A stretch of 51,366 nucleotides of DNA from an uncultured Gammaproteobacteria bacterium (lineage in GTDB: Bacteria > Patescibacteriota > Patescibacteriia > Patescibacteriales > JAKAJF01): assembly GCA_964360445.1 (NCBI GenBank), contig CAYHWE010000003.1:1-51366 (forward strand). Reading direction: 5' to 3'. Made by a program: the position numbers and the translations under genes. The notes beneath the pieces were generated by a model. The model made no database searches and had not been told where the DNA came from. It worked only from the letters and a program-made list of their open reading frames with translations. Positions 49,891-51,366 of this stretch are shown piece by piece; position 1 is the stretch's first letter; the number at the start of each line of letters is the position of its first letter.

Positions 49891-51276
49891 TTACATTTTT
49901 ACAAGTCTCTCCCCGACCCTGAACACATCCCCCGCACCCATCAACAAAATCACATCATTCCTTTCAATATGTTCTCTTAAATATTTCTCAACTTCATCCA
50001 GGGTCGGGACGTATTTTACTTCTTGACCCTTTATTTTATCAATCAAATCTTTGCTGTGCACCCCTCCTTGCGCTTCCCTGGCTGAGCCGTAAATATCCAA
50101 AATAACAATCTCATCGGCATCTTTGAAACTCTGCGCAAAGTCATCCAATAGTGTTTTTGTGCGGGTGAAAGTGTGGGGATGAAAAACGGCAATAATCTTT
50201 TTTCCTCCGTAAAGCTGGCGCGCGCCAGATAGAGTCGCTTTAATTTCAGTCGGATGATGGGCGTAATCGTCAACTACCGTTGCGCCTCTGAATTCGCCCA
50301 TAACCTGCATTCGTCTGGCCGTACCGGCAAATTCGCCTAAAGCGCCCCTTATATCTTTCAATTCGACGCCAAGTTCGATTGAGGCGGCGATTACCGCCAA
50401 AGCATTATAGATATTATGCAAGCCCGACAATTTAATCTTGAACTCACCTAACTCACTATATCCCTCATCATCTTTTAATTTCACTTTAAAAAATTGTGAT
50501 CCGGTTTCATGCCGCAGATCATAAGCCAGGATATCCGCATCTTTATTTTCTATGCTATACCCGATAACCCTGCCCTTACAGTTGACTCTTGCGAATTTGA
50601 CAATTATCGGATCATCAAAATTCGCCACCAAAAATCCCTTTTTGGTTATTTTTTGGATAAACTGGATAAAGACATCCTCATAATCTTCCGGGGTCTTAAA
50701 AAAATCCGGATGATCATAATCGATATTATTCAACAATACTGCTTTCGGACTGAAACTTTTTAATTTATTCTGATATTCATCCGCCTCGATGACAAGATAA
50801 TCAGATTTCCCGATAAGACTGGCGCCTTTGAATTGCGGCACATACGAACCGACCATCACGCTCGGATCCTCGCCTGCTTCGCTTAGGACATAGCCCAGCC
50901 AAGCTGTGGTTGTTGTCTTTCCGTGGGATCCGCAAACGGCTATGCCGAATTTCTGGTTAAATACTTCACCCATAGCTTCCGCGTAAGTCAGGGTCCTGAT
51001 CTTCCCGGTTAATGCCTTAGCCACTTCGATATTACGTTCAGCATTGTAAGCAGTCGAATAAACGATCAAATCAGCATCACGCGCTATATTATTTTCATCA
51101 AAATGCTCAAAAACCTTGATGCCGAGAGAATCTAAAACCTTATCGGTCATGAACTTCTCTTCGATATCGCTGCCCATCACCTCGATTCCTTGGCCGCAAA
51201 AATACTGCGCAAGCATTGTCATGCCTACGCCTTTTATTCCGATCATGTAAATTTTTTTAACTTTTGATAAATCCAT
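49891..51276 (-). CDS. murC: UDP-N-acetylmuramate--L-alanine ligase
   Basis: YMIGIKGVGMTMLAQYF, the P-loop VCGSHGKTTTTAW and DDYAHHPTEI are present. Length is 461 aa. Confidence 0.95.
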   Translation of the reverse strand: MDLSKVKKIYMIGIKGVGMTMLAQYFCGQGIEVMGSDIEEKFMTDKVLDSLGIKVFEHFDENNIARDADLIVYSTAYNAERNIEVAKALTGKIRTLTYAEAMGEVFNQKFGIAVCGSHGKTTTTAWLGYVLSEAGEDPSVMVGSYVPQFKGASLIGKSDYLVIEADEYQNKLKSFSPKAVLLNNIDYDHPDFFKTPEDYEDVFIQFIQKITKKGFLVANFDDPIIVKFARVNCKGRVIGYSIENKDADILAYDLRHETGSQFFKVKLKDDEGYSELGEFKIKLSGLHNIYNALAVIAASIELGVELKDIRGALGEFAGTARRMQVMGEFRGATVVDDYAHHPTEIKATLSGARQLYGGKKIIAVFHPHTFTRTKTLLDDFAQSFKDADEIVILDIYGSAREAQGGVHSKDLIDKIKGQEVKYVPTLDEVEKYLREHIERNDVILLMGAGDVFRVGERLVKM

Positions 51277-51366
51277 ATGAATATATCTTATATTAGATAT
51301 TTATTATAGTAAACCCCGTGTATCAGTCCACAACATATTGGACAAGTGGCCGTTAGTTATTAAAAA

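Noticed and set aside
1-51366. A genetic code with TGA read as Gly or Trp (code 25 or 4), prompted by the in-frame TGA in the Nudix box at a conserved Gly position.
   Set aside because: TGA terminates the GT2 gene (7719-7721, ATGA overlap with the next start) and permease A1 (8510-8512) at the expected protein lengths. All other housekeeping genes are unbroken under code 11. Genome-wide recoding is therefore not supported, and only the local event remains noteworthy.
1-51366. CRISPR arrays, rRNA genes, transposases, toxin-antitoxin pairs, restriction-modification systems or other recognisable defence systems.
   Set aside because: I looked for regularly spaced direct repeats, rRNA-like conserved blocks, and DDE, HNH or PIN-like motifs. 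I found none by eye, but a profile search would be needed to exclude divergent systems.

Overview
This is a 51.4-kb, low-GC, tightly packed bacterial window. Its style looks like a reduced Patescibacteria/CPR (Parcubacteria-like) genome, which is an inference from several traits: short housekeeping proteins, RpoA without a C-terminal domain, small DUF5652-like and TrbC/VirB2-like membrane proteins, tRNAs without encoded CCA, and many palindromic or low-complexity intergenic repeats.

Gene content in order:
- Ribosomal cluster: rpsM(partial)-rpsK-rpsD-rpoA-rplQ, then rplM-rpsI.
- A sugar-phosphate isomerase-like gene.
- A surface-glycan operon: Wzx-type flippase, GT4, GT2, three ABC-2 permeases, one ABC ATPase and an O-antigen-ligase/polymerase-like protein. 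A MITE-like insertion sits inside it.
- Housekeeping: greA, lysS, a RibL-like nucleotidyltransferase, serS, a MazG-like gene.
- murF, an aminotransferase, a truncated murF paralog, ftsQ, a Xer-type recombinase.
- A coiled-coil M23 peptidase and gltX.
- A GT26(TagA/WecG)-Nudix fusion ORF broken by one in-frame TGA.
- An orphan gene, then CIRCE-controlled clpB.
- A secreted repeat protein, a LigB-type protein, def-fmt, tRNA-Glu and tRNA-Gln.
- A T4SS-type pilin gene.
- ftsX and ftsE, preceded by a fused RlpA-like/DD-carboxypeptidase gene.
- tRNA-Gly and tRNA-Thr, then an ftsB-like gene.
- A processive membrane GT2 and a PHP phosphoesterase.
- A VirD4/TraD-like ATPase with a membrane partner.
- A sigma-region-4/HARE-HTH protein, then murB and murC.

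I saw no rRNA, CRISPR array, transposase or prophage.

The most interesting items are:
- the minimal T4SS-like ATPase/membrane pair plus the distant pilin;
- the mixed Wzx/Wzy plus triple-permease ABC glycan cluster;
- the interrupted GT26-Nudix fusion;
- the region-4-only sigma-like protein;
- several families of intergenic palindromic repeats (TGTCAT...ATGACA elements, r-protein leader repeats, TTAATTAGGGATTAG elements, CACAAAT and AAAATG repeats).

All functional calls rest on motif recognition by eye. No database search was run.
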